A program made the translations under genes and the position numbers. Shown in pieces: positions 8,332-15,561 of a stretch of DNA of 64,000 nucleotides. Position 1 is the stretch's first letter, and every line of letters begins with the position of its first letter. Below the pieces are notes generated by a model. It ran no database searches. It was not told the DNA's origin and saw only the letters and a list, made by a program, of their open reading frames with translations. Origin of the DNA: a virus; IMG/VR virus record IMGVR_UViG_3300018059_000011, positions 1-64,000 of that record; one strand, 5' to 3'.

Positions 8332-8844
8332 ATGAACCAAGTAGCCCTCATCGTTCTGCTCGTTGGGCTTACTAACGGAGCACATGCACAGCAGGTAGCT
8401 GCTGCGAAGGCGAGCCTTGATTACGCCGAGCAACAGTGCCTTGCCGATGCCATGTACTACGAAGCGCGTGGAGAAGGCGAACGCGGCCAGCGTGCCGTCG
8501 CCGAAGTCGTGATCGCGAGGACGAAGCAATCGTATCGCCCTCACACGGTCTGCGGTGTCGTCTTTGAGCCTTATCAATTCAGCTTTACATTCGATGGCTC
8601 GATGAAGCGGAAACTCGACAACGAAGCGTGGGCCGATTCAATGGACCTCGCCGAGAGCATCATGTCGGGAAATCCGCGAAAAACGCGGAGTATCACGAAC
8701 GGTGCAACGTACTTTGCGCGCTACGACGTGAAGGCGCCGTGGATCGTCAACATGAACGTGACTGTTCAGATCGGCGATCATGTGTTCTACCGGCTCAAGC
8801 CGAAGGCCGAGAGAATTAGCTTGACGCGCGTGGCGTCGGACTGA
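8332..8844 (+). CDS. Cell wall hydrolase, SleB/Hydrolase_2 family, with signal peptide
   Basis: CLADAMYYEARGE...AVAEVV..R...P.TVCGVV..PYQFS...GATYF...IGDHVFY. Confidence 0.9.
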   Translation: MNQVALIVLLVGLTNGAHAQQVAAAKASLDYAEQQCLADAMYYEARGEGERGQRAVAEVVIARTKQSYRPHTVCGVVFEPYQFSFTFDGSMKRKLDNEAWADSMDLAESIMSGNPRKTRSITNGATYFARYDVKAPWIVNMNVTVQIGDHVFYRLKPKAERISLTRVASD

Positions 8845-8857
8845 TAAGGTTTCGGCA

Positions 8858-8932
8858 GACGATATGGCGGAAGGGTTTACGCGGGGAACTGCAAATTCTC
8901 TTATCCGGGTTCGAGTCCCGGTATCGTCTCCA
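8858..8932 (+). tRNA. tRNA-Cys(GCA)
   Basis: Acceptor GACGATA/TATCGTC, anticodon loop CT-GCA-AA, T-loop TTCGAGT, U73, encoded CCA. Confidence 0.92.
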
Positions 8933-8941
8933 ATTTTCTGC

Positions 8942-8971
8942 TTGACATCGGCCCCCTTCTTGTGGCAGGAT
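8942..8971 (+). promoter_or_regulatory. Promoter of tRNA-Pro
   Basis: TTGACA-N18-CAGGAT, 6 nt upstream of the tRNA; similar copy at 10615. Confidence 0.55.
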
Positions 8972-8977
8972 GTGATC

Positions 8978-9052
8978 CTAGTGATAGCTCAGCAGTAGAG
9001 TATCGGTTTTGGAAACCGAGGGCCGGGAGGGCAGCACTCCCTCACTAGACCA
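8978..9052 (+). tRNA. tRNA-Pro(TGG) with atypical T-loop
   Basis: Acceptor CTAGTGA/TCACTAG, A73, CCA; anticodon stem TCGGT/ACCGA with loop TT-TGG-AA; T-arm GGGAG-GGCAGCA-CTCCC. Confidence 0.85.
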
Positions 9053-9073
9053 GATTCGGTGATGGAGTTTGTC

Positions 9074-9226
9074 ATGGCAAGTCTCGGAAAGTTCAAGGTC
9101 AAGACGAATGACACAAAAGGACCGACCCCGCCTCTGCCGGGTCAGCCACCGAAGGGTCATGGCCCAAAGGGAGCGCCCGTAGGGGTCGGCTCCATGAAGA
9201 AGTTGGACGACAAAGCCTACTGCTAA
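9074..9226 (+). CDS. 50-aa Lys/Pro/Gly-rich protein
   Basis: Hand translation MASLGKFKVKTNDTKGPTPPLPGQPPKGHGPKGAPVGVGSMKKLDDKAYC*; RBS GGAG. Confidence 0.6.
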   Translation: MASLGKFKVKTNDTKGPTPPLPGQPPKGHGPKGAPVGVGSMKKLDDKAYC

Positions 9227-9287
9227 GTCGCCCCCGGTTTTCTCCTGATAAATTTCGTTCCTGAATAACTGGCGGTGATATTTTGCC

Positions 9288-9737
9288 ATGTTTGATAAGG
9301 AGAAGTACGACCGAAACCGGGATAAAGCAAAACGTCGTGCCCAAAATAAAGTCTATTGGGATCGGCACGGTGAAGTTGCGAAACATAAAAATAGAAATGC
9401 GACAAAATTACGCCAAGAGACTTTGGGTTTTGTGTATACTGGTAGACCTGGAAGGCCATCTAAGTTCAAAGATGGCAAGACTACATTAGAGCGGCGTAAA
9501 GAGATTCGGGACTACGCATGGAGGTATAAAGAAAGCCATCCGTGCGTAGATTGCGGCGAGAAGAATCCGATAGTTTTGGAGTTCGATCACAGGGACAGGA
9601 AAACAAAACTTTTTCATATAGGGGCCGGAAATACTAAGAATCGCGCCATTGAAGAAGTGAAGGATGAAATTGAAAAATGCGATGTACGTTGCGCTAATTG
9701 CCATCGCATCAAGACGTGGATTGAGAATTTACTCTGA
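9288..9737 (+). CDS. HNH homing endonuclease (family A)
   Basis: HPCVDCGEKNPIVLEFDH...KCDVRCANCHR; AT-rich. Confidence 0.85.
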   Translation: MFDKEKYDRNRDKAKRRAQNKVYWDRHGEVAKHKNRNATKLRQETLGFVYTGRPGRPSKFKDGKTTLERRKEIRDYAWRYKESHPCVDCGEKNPIVLEFDHRDRKTKLFHIGAGNTKNRAIEEVKDEIEKCDVRCANCHRIKTWIENLL

Positions 9738-10033
9738 ATGCCGTTTGGCATCAGGCTATTACGACCCCAGGTCGGACGTGAGGACCAGCGAAGTCTTCAT
9801 CCTTCCTGAATTACACTGGCCGCCATAGGCGGCGTTAGCTGTCGCGTCCGGGTAATGACCGGGCGGCTCGCGGAGAGCGCAGATACCAGAACTGTCGGCG
9901 GCATCTTGTTCGTTGTGGCGTGGCGTGGTGATGGGCGGTCGGGGATAACAGATGAGCCCCGACCGCCCGGAATGTGGGTAGGCCAGCGTTAATGGCCCGG
10001 TGTCATTGCTCGATAGCCGGTGGCGCCCACAAC
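9738..10033 (+). ncRNA. Candidate structured non-coding RNA(s)
   Basis: Run of GC-rich hairpins (GTGAGGAC/GTCTTCAT, GCCGCC/GGCGGC, GGGCGGTCGGGG/CCCCGACCGCCC, GTGGG...CCCAC junction); no credible ORF. Confidence 0.45.
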
Positions 10034-10069
10034 GAAATGTTTTGGCGAAGCAAAGAGAGGACTAGCATC

Positions 10070-10174
10070 ATGTCGAAGAAAATTCCTGCGGCGCTGAAGG
10101 CGCATCAGTTCAAGAAAGGGACGAAAGCCCCGAAGGCAAAGGCCAAAGGCAAGGGAAAAGCCAAAGGCAAGTAA
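10070..10174 (+). CDS. 34-aa lysine-rich (histone-tail-like) protein
   Basis: MSKKIPAALKAHQFKKGTKAPKAKAKGKGKAKGK*; RBS GAGAGGA. Confidence 0.65.
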   Translation: MSKKIPAALKAHQFKKGTKAPKAKAKGKGKAKGK

Positions 10175-10175
10175 A

Positions 10176-10262
10176 GAGGGCGGCGCAGCGTTTGGGTCAA
10201 CATAGCCTTAAGACCGCAAAGCGCCTATCAATGGTCGGGTTCGCGCCGACCGCTCTCGCCGA
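10176..10262 (+). ncRNA. tRNA-like element (acceptor stem plus T-arm mimic)
   Basis: GAGGGCG/CGCTCTC 7-bp stem directly stacked on GTCGG-GTTCGCG-CCGAC, followed by GCCGA. Confidence 0.4.
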
Positions 10263-10263
10263 G

Positions 10264-10342
10264 TCTGGTCGTAGCTCAGTCTGGTTAGAGCGTCGGATTG
10301 TGAATCCGAAGGGCGTTGGTTCAAATCCAACCGCCAGGACCA
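10264..10342 (+). tRNA. tRNA-His(GTG)
   Basis: D-arm GCTC-AGTCTGGTTA-GAGC, anticodon TCGGA-TT-GTG-AA-TCCGA, T-arm GTTGG-TTCAAAT-CCAAC, A73 plus CCA; acceptor stem needs a 1-nt bulge. Confidence 0.88.
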
Positions 10343-10343
10343 T

Positions 10344-10546
10344 TTAGTCGGATAGCATCGCATTCCGTCCGGCACAAGGATCGCCTCTCCATCGGTGATC
10401 CTTAGTTGCGGCGGCTGCGGTCGCCGCGCCTTATACGTCCCAGAACCGGCTCTGCCCCGGTATCCGGCTGGGGCCACTTCTGTGCCGTGGATGCCTGTTC
10501 GCGACAGGGCTCGGGCAATGCGAAAGCATCCCCTCTACGGACTGGC
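10344..10546 (+). ncRNA. Candidate ~200-nt multibranched ncRNA
   Basis: Nested helices TTAGTC/GACTGG, GCATTC/GGATGC, GGCACA/TGTGCC, AAGGATCGCC/GGTGATCCTT, GCGGCGGC/GTCGCCGC, GCCCCGG/CTGGGGC, ATGC-GAAA-GCAT. Confidence 0.5.
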
Positions 10547-10549
10547 GAG

Positions 10550-10590
10550 GAAACCGGGACAACCGAAAGGCTCTCCCGGTTTCTGCTTTT
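10550..10590 (+). terminator. Putative intrinsic terminator
   Basis: GAAACCGGGA...TCCCGGTTTC stem followed by TGCTTTT. Confidence 0.45.
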
Positions 10591-10649
10591 CTGCTGTACA
10601 GCAAATAATGCCGCTGGACATCGGCCCCAGATTGTGGCACTATTCACGG

Positions 10650-11090
10650 ATGAGAAAATATACGGATGCCCAACGTGAGGCTTCTCGCCTTAGAGGAGAA
10701 GGATGGAGAAAGCGTAATCCTGATAAAGACTACGAATGTAAGAGGGCTTGGCTTAAGGCCAATCCTGTAAAACGAAAAGCAATGCAGAAAAAGGCCGATG
10801 CGAAGCGCGGCCCTGTGCCTCCTGAAGTAACCCGGAAAAGGAATCGTTACTACAAATACGGGGTTAGCCCAGAGGATGTGGCTTTTATGATCGCGAGGCA
10901 GAAAGGAACATGCGCTATCTGTCCAATGCTTTTGTCTGAGAAAACGGCCCATGTAGACCACGACCATAAAACTGGGAAAGTCCGAGGGCTCCTGTGCCGA
11001 AAATGCAACCTGGGACTGGGGCATTTTGAGGACAATCCATCATTTCTGGTTTCCGCCGTGTCGTACCTTCAAAGAGTGGTGGACAGGTAG
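10650..11090 (+). CDS. Endonuclease VII-like homing endonuclease
   Basis: YKYGVSPED...QKGTCAIC...HVDHDHKTGKVRGLLCRKCNLGLG; start ATG 10650 lies 6 nt after a CACTAT -10 box (leaderless). Confidence 0.88.
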   Translation: MRKYTDAQREASRLRGEGWRKRNPDKDYECKRAWLKANPVKRKAMQKKADAKRGPVPPEVTRKRNRYYKYGVSPEDVAFMIARQKGTCAICPMLLSEKTAHVDHDHKTGKVRGLLCRKCNLGLGHFEDNPSFLVSAVSYLQRVVDR

Positions 11091-11137
11091 ATTGAAACGG
11101 TGCTATAATGCGGTCTTGATTCAAAAGGATACGTTTC

Positions 11138-11455
11138 ATGATGCTCCATCTGGTTATCACCGTGGCGATGTTCCTGAACGGCGCAGGAATTTCCCAGGAC
11201 ACGGACGCCCAACTGATGCAGACGCCGGATTGCGTGGCCGAGATTCAGCGTGTGGCCTCTGACTGGAAAGACCAGTACGGCGAAGACACGATTGTCGCGG
11301 GCTGGTGCGAGAACAAGGAACTGCCGGACGACAGAATCATGGAGATGCTGAAGTCGCATCTTCCCGAGGGCCATCCTCCGGTTGATTCTGAGCCGGGCGC
11401 GGCTCCTCAGTCGGCGCCGATGCCGAAGGCTTTCCCCGGCGGCGGCACCGCTTAA
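11138..11455 (+). CDS. Secreted or periplasmic hypothetical protein
   Basis: Hydrophobic N-terminus, two Cys; promoter TGGACA-N18-TATAAT at 11080-11109. Confidence 0.65.
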   Translation: MMLHLVITVAMFLNGAGISQDTDAQLMQTPDCVAEIQRVASDWKDQYGEDTIVAGWCENKELPDDRIMEMLKSHLPEGHPPVDSEPGAAPQSAPMPKAFPGGGTA

Positions 11456-11531
11456 TTTTCCAATCGGCGGCCTAAAGTTTACAATCGGGAGTCTTATAGT
11501 TGACAATCGCTCTGCGTAAAGTTGACAGTCA
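11452..11531 (+). repeat. Four phased direct repeats, consensus TAAAGTTGACAATCG, period ~22 bp
   Basis: Units at 11452, 11473, 11495 and 11517. Confidence 0.65.
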
Positions 11532-11761
11532 TGTTCATCAGCCTTCTGGGATGGGTTTTCGCTGCGGCCACGATTTTCTGCTACGCCCGTGAAGGCCGTC
11601 ATCACCTGTATACTCTCGGTTTTGCCGGGGCTTGCGTTCTCGGATTTGTCTACGGCATTCTCATTGGTTCATGGCCGCTGGCGGTTTCCGAAATTGTCTG
11701 GATCGGCACCTGTCTGTGGCGCTGGTACGGGCGAGTAGTGAAAGGGCTGGTAGGATTTTGA
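11531..11761 (+). CDS. Small 3-TM membrane protein (CBU_0592/PQ-loop-like)
   Basis: Three hydrophobic helices; FAGACVLGFVYG...SWPL...E.VW motif. Confidence 0.7.
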   Translation: MFISLLGWVFAAATIFCYAREGRHHLYTLGFAGACVLGFVYGILIGSWPLAVSEIVWIGTCLWRWYGRVVKGLVGF

Positions 11762-12123
11762 TGGTCCCAAAGATCGACGATCCGAATGCGCTTCCTCTCC
11801 GCACAATCCTCGTGATGTGCGTTCAAGCGGCTGTGGTTGCCCGCACGCTCGCGAACAGTGGCGACCGGCAGGCCGCCGGTAAGCTCGCGAGAGTTGTCAC
11901 TTCGGTATCGGACGGCCTTGGCAATCCCCAAGACCTGCTGAACGCCGTTGACGGCGCCATGAAAATTCTCGAAGCGCGTAAGATTCAGGTTGACAGCAAA
12001 GAAGTCGCCAGGGCCTCGAAAGCCGCCGATATGGCGATGAACATGGTCGAGGAATGGGTTGGCCTGACCCTCTCGAATATCCGCCGGAGAGTACACGAGG
12101 AGCGCGGTCGCAAAAGCGCTTGA
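11761..12123 (+). CDS. Hypothetical protein
   Basis: Start coupled by TGATG. Confidence 0.65.
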   Translation: MVPKIDDPNALPLRTILVMCVQAAVVARTLANSGDRQAAGKLARVVTSVSDGLGNPQDLLNAVDGAMKILEARKIQVDSKEVARASKAADMAMNMVEEWVGLTLSNIRRRVHEERGRKSA

Positions 12124-12171
12124 CTTTGGTTAACCCTCCTGGTAAAGTTCGACCAATCCTGGGAGGATGCA

Positions 12172-12906
12172 ATGAACCAAGTCGATAATTTGATCCACAT
12201 GGCGATGGTAGGTTCTGAGGCTCACGGCCTCGCGCGGGCCGATAGCGATCTCGATGTCCGGGCAGTCTACGTCGCCCCTAAGTCGAAGGTGCTGTCGCCG
12301 TTCTTCACGCCTCATTCGCCCCAAGAGATCAGCGGTGATGTCGATTTCTCCGCGTGGGAGCTTCGCCCCTTCGTGAAGATGTGTGCGTCGGCGAATCCGA
12401 ACTCACTTGAAGCGCTGTTTTCGGATGAGCGCTGTACCGTCGATCTTGTTGACGCGCATCCATTCGACGCGATGGCCGGGATCACGCTTGTGGCCGCGCG
12501 CAGTTTGTTCTTGACCAAGCGCATCGCGGCGACGCACGCGGGCTTCGCGAAGTCATGTATTCGCCGGTTGGAGCACGGTAAGACCCGCACGGGCGACCGC
12601 ACCGTCGATGTCGAGCGCTTCGGCTATGACACCAAGTACGCGATGCACGCCGTTCGCATTCTCGGCGTGGCCGTTCGTGCGCTTCAGCGTGGTGAGTACA
12701 AGATCATGGTCGATGAAGACGAGCGAAAGCTCCTGATCGCGATCCGCGAAGGCCAGTTCTCGAAGGATTGGGTGCTCGGCCAGATCGACAGCCGGGTGCT
12801 GGCGGCAGAGCGGGCGGCGCAGAAGTCGGATTTGCCGGACGAGCCGAGCATCAAGAATATCGAAGCCTTGGTGGAGGCCGTCAGCGAGATTTCCTGGCAG
12901 AAGTAA
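12172..12906 (+). CDS. DNA polymerase beta-superfamily nucleotidyltransferase (PF10127/RlaP-like)
   Basis: GSEAHGLARADSDLDVRAVY motif; ANPN.LE.L; YDTKYAMHAVR. Confidence 0.85.
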   Translation: MNQVDNLIHMAMVGSEAHGLARADSDLDVRAVYVAPKSKVLSPFFTPHSPQEISGDVDFSAWELRPFVKMCASANPNSLEALFSDERCTVDLVDAHPFDAMAGITLVAARSLFLTKRIAATHAGFAKSCIRRLEHGKTRTGDRTVDVERFGYDTKYAMHAVRILGVAVRALQRGEYKIMVDEDERKLLIAIREGQFSKDWVLGQIDSRVLAAERAAQKSDLPDEPSIKNIEALVEAVSEISWQK

Positions 12907-12978
12907 AGAAAAAGGCGGCGGTGGAAGCTTGACGTTGGGGAGGAGGGCCGTCGAGCTTGCCTGGATTACCGCCGCCAG
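12905..12978 (-). ncRNA. Candidate sRNA with anti-SD CCUCCUCCC loop (cuckoo/alpha-r14-like)
   Basis: Minus strand GGCGGCGGU...AAGCUCGACG-GCCCUCCUCCCCAA-CGUCAAGCUU..ACCGCCGCC-UUUUUCUUU; own promoter upstream. Confidence 0.7.
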
Positions 12979-12984
12979 AAGACC

Positions 12985-13014
12985 AGAATACTCTCCGGTC
13001 AGCGCCGAAGTCAA
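12985..13014 (-). promoter_or_regulatory. Sigma70-like promoter of the sRNA
   Basis: TTGACT-N18-TATTCT on the minus strand. Confidence 0.65.
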
Positions 13015-13016
13015 CC

Positions 13017-13046
13017 TTGCTTTTTCCGCGTCGTTCGTGCTACATT
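13017..13046 (+). promoter_or_regulatory. Divergent promoter for the packaging operon
   Basis: TTGCTT-N18-TACATT. Confidence 0.5.
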
Positions 13047-13074
13047 TCTCCGAGGGTGATGGAGGGAAATCCCA

Positions 13075-13494
13075 GTGGGCAAAAAGCCGCCGTTGATGCA
13101 GATGCCGTTTATTCGCGGCAAGCTCGAAAAAGAACCTAGTCAGAGCGGACTTATCAATCCGCTTGATCCGCGTAACATCAAGAAGGGGATTGGCGGCGGC
13201 GAAAGCCGCATCGTAGTCATCGTCCTCGAACGCGCGGGCGACGGCAAGACCGTTATCCGCGTGAAGCTCTATTCCACCAGCCCCGGTCGCCGCGTGTCGT
13301 ACCGCGACATCGAGTTCGAGGGCCGGTCGGAGTCCGAGTTTGTCCGCGATGTCAATATCACGGGTGGTGCCCTCGCTGAATGGCAGAACGCGACGGGGGA
13401 CAATCACGATCCGAGTTTGTGCGCGCGGGCCGCCGTCGAAGGAATGCGCGAAGCGCTGATGCAGTATGCGGCGATTAGGGCGAGGCGAGGATGA
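13075..13494 (+). CDS. Hypothetical protein
   Basis: 139 aa; RBS GGAGG; GTG start. Confidence 0.7.
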   Translation: MGKKPPLMQMPFIRGKLEKEPSQSGLINPLDPRNIKKGIGGGESRIVVIVLERAGDGKTVIRVKLYSTSPGRRVSYRDIEFEGRSESEFVRDVNITGGALAEWQNATGDNHDPSLCARAAVEGMREALMQYAAIRARRG

Positions 13495-13928
13495 GCACGA
13501 AGACAAAATGGATTTCAGCCGGTGTCAGCGACGGCGATCTCGCTGTCGCGCTGAGTAGCGGCAATGGCGGTGATTGGTTTTTGCTGATTGCGATCACCGG
13601 AGCCGACCGTAGGCCCCATCAGATCAAGGTCATGCTCGGAGGGCTTGATCTCGACGCCGCTGTCCACAACGCGGGCGGCGCCGCAGCCGCTATTGCCAAG
13701 GTCATTGGCGTCGATGAGACTTGGGCGGCGTCCACGACTCGCGATCTTATCGCCAATGACATTGCCAAAGACCCCGAACTTGGCCCGTTGCTGGTGAAAG
13801 GGCTGTCGTCCGGCGCCGCCGGGAAACCAGCGGTTTCCAAGAAGGCGAAGGCTGCCCCTCCCAAGCAAAGGAAAACCGGCAAAGGCCCGAAGAAGGCCGC
13901 TCGCCGTGTTCGCCGTGTTCGCCGTTAA
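13491..13928 (+). CDS. Hypothetical protein with basic C-terminal tail
   Basis: ATGA overlap; C-terminus KKAKAAPPKQRKTGKGPKKAARRVRRVRR. Confidence 0.7.
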   Translation: MSTKTKWISAGVSDGDLAVALSSGNGGDWFLLIAITGADRRPHQIKVMLGGLDLDAAVHNAGGAAAAIAKVIGVDETWAASTTRDLIANDIAKDPELGPLLVKGLSSGAAGKPAVSKKAKAAPPKQRKTGKGPKKAARRVRRVRR

Positions 13929-13981
13929 GGCGCCCCTCGACCGGACGAAGGAACCGCCCGTGGAAACGCTGGGGCTGAAGC

Positions 13982-15559
13982 ATGGCCGCGCGTAAACTTC
14001 CCGTTTATGAACTCTGGGAGATTCTCGACCGCCGGGTTGTCGTCAAATACGCTGACGGCATCAGCTTCGAGTGGTGGCTCGTTGTTGATGGCGATCACGA
14101 TGCTTGGCATCCGTATGTGGTCGCGGCGGACGGAATCACGATCATGGAGGCCCCGGTCTGGGCGCCGCTGCCCGGATCGCAGTACCAATTCCTTCAGTGT
14201 CCTGTGCAGGAGGCGCTTCTCGCCGGTAATCGTGGTCCTGGCAAGACGATGGCTCTGCTTATGGACTTCGCTCGTGAGGTCGGTAAGGGATACGGCTCTA
14301 AGTGGCGCGGCATTCTCTTCCGCCGCCATTTCGGTGACCTCGACGACGTGGTTCGTAAGATCGAGGATACATTTCCGACGATCTTTGGGCCGGGCTTTCG
14401 TTTTCTGAAGTCCAAATCTGAGTACGCAGCCGTCTGGGAAACCGGCGAGACCCTTTTGCTCCGGCATCTTGCTGATGCCAGTGAGTACGAGGAGTACCAC
14501 GGCCATGAATATCCGTGGATGGGCTTTGAAGAATTGACACAATGGCCGACCGACGACGCATTCACGTTGATGCTGTCGTGCAATCGCCCTACCGGCCCCG
14601 GCATTCCTTGTCGCGTGCGGGCGACGACAAATCCGAGTGGCCCAGGCCACCGCTGGGTGAAGAAGCGCTACAATCTGCCGCACGGATTCGGAAAGATCAT
14701 TCGCAATCCTGGCGAGATTCCCCGCGTCGCCATCAACAGCCACTTGAAAGAGAATTTTATTCTCCTGCATTCGAGCCCGAACTATGCCGACACGATTCGG
14801 CAGGCCGCTAAGTCCCCGGCGAAGATCGAGGCATGGCTCAATGGTAGTTGGGACATTACATCCGGCGGCATGTTCGACGATTTGTGGGAACCGCCTATTC
14901 ACATTGTTCCCAATTTCGGGTCCAAGCGCATCCCGCGTGGGTGGACTGTCACGAGGTCGTATGACCACGGCCAGAGTCATCCGTTCGCGAATCTCTGGTG
15001 GCTGGAGTCCAACGGCGAGAGCATCACCGTTGAGGGTCGTCAGATCGGCGGCGTTCGCGGCGACCTCATCCTGTTTCAAGAATGGTACGGAGCCAAGGGC
15101 GACAACGAAGGCATTCGGATGTCGGCCACGAACATCGCCGGGGGCATTCTCGAACGCGAAGATGACATGGGCCTGCGTGGTCGCGTGTCTCCTGGTCCGG
15201 CGGATAATCAGATTTGGACGAAGGACGCACGCGGCACGCAGCGGGCTCCGATTGATGACATGGAAGAGAAGGGCCTGCATTGGGTTCGCGCCGATCAATC
15301 GCCGGGCTCGATCAAGCGCGGGCTCGAACTCATTCGTGAATCTATCGAGGGGTCGATCCCTGAAAAGGACGGCACGCGGACGCGGCCTGGAATCTTTGTT
15401 TGTGGGCGATGCGCGCATTGGATCGACCTTGTGCCAACGGCGCCGCGAGACACCGATGACCCAGATGCTTTGCCGAAAGGCTACGAAGATCACTTGGCCG
15501 ACGCCACGCGGTATCGCTTGACGTTCGTGTTGCCCGGAATGTGGCGGCGCAGTTTTTAG
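13982..15559 (+). CDS. terL: Terminase large subunit
   Basis: WAPLPGSQ, Walker A AGNRGPGKT, Walker B GFEELTQ, motif III RATTNP, nuclease SYDHG and EDHLADATRY. Confidence 0.95.
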   Translation: MAARKLPVYELWEILDRRVVVKYADGISFEWWLVVDGDHDAWHPYVVAADGITIMEAPVWAPLPGSQYQFLQCPVQEALLAGNRGPGKTMALLMDFAREVGKGYGSKWRGILFRRHFGDLDDVVRKIEDTFPTIFGPGFRFLKSKSEYAAVWETGETLLLRHLADASEYEEYHGHEYPWMGFEELTQWPTDDAFTLMLSCNRPTGPGIPCRVRATTNPSGPGHRWVKKRYNLPHGFGKIIRNPGEIPRVAINSHLKENFILLHSSPNYADTIRQAAKSPAKIEAWLNGSWDITSGGMFDDLWEPPIHIVPNFGSKRIPRGWTVTRSYDHGQSHPFANLWWLESNGESITVEGRQIGGVRGDLILFQEWYGAKGDNEGIRMSATNIAGGILEREDDMGLRGRVSPGPADNQIWTKDARGTQRAPIDDMEEKGLHWVRADQSPGSIKRGLELIRESIEGSIPEKDGTRTRPGIFVCGRCAHWIDLVPTAPRDTDDPDALPKGYEDHLADATRYRLTFVLPGMWRRSF

Positions 15560-15561
15560 AT

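Noticed and set aside
10208-10477. Minus-strand ORF containing WSWRLDLNQRP
   Set aside because: Typical antisense translation of a tRNA gene (tRNA-His)
9738-10590. RNase P, tmRNA or group I/II intron identity for the structured RNAs
   Set aside because: CAGAAC-like words are present, but the GAGGAAAGUCC/P4 pairing, tmRNA ends, group I P7 and group II domain V motifs were not found
10395-10649. 5' extension of the EndoVII ORF in the ORF track
   Set aside because: Overlaps a highly structured region and a terminator; the promoter and composition change point to ATG 10650
11452-11531. Pho box interpretation of the 22-bp repeats
   Set aside because: TGTCA-like half-sites recur every 22 bp, but the intermediate 11-bp positions do not match
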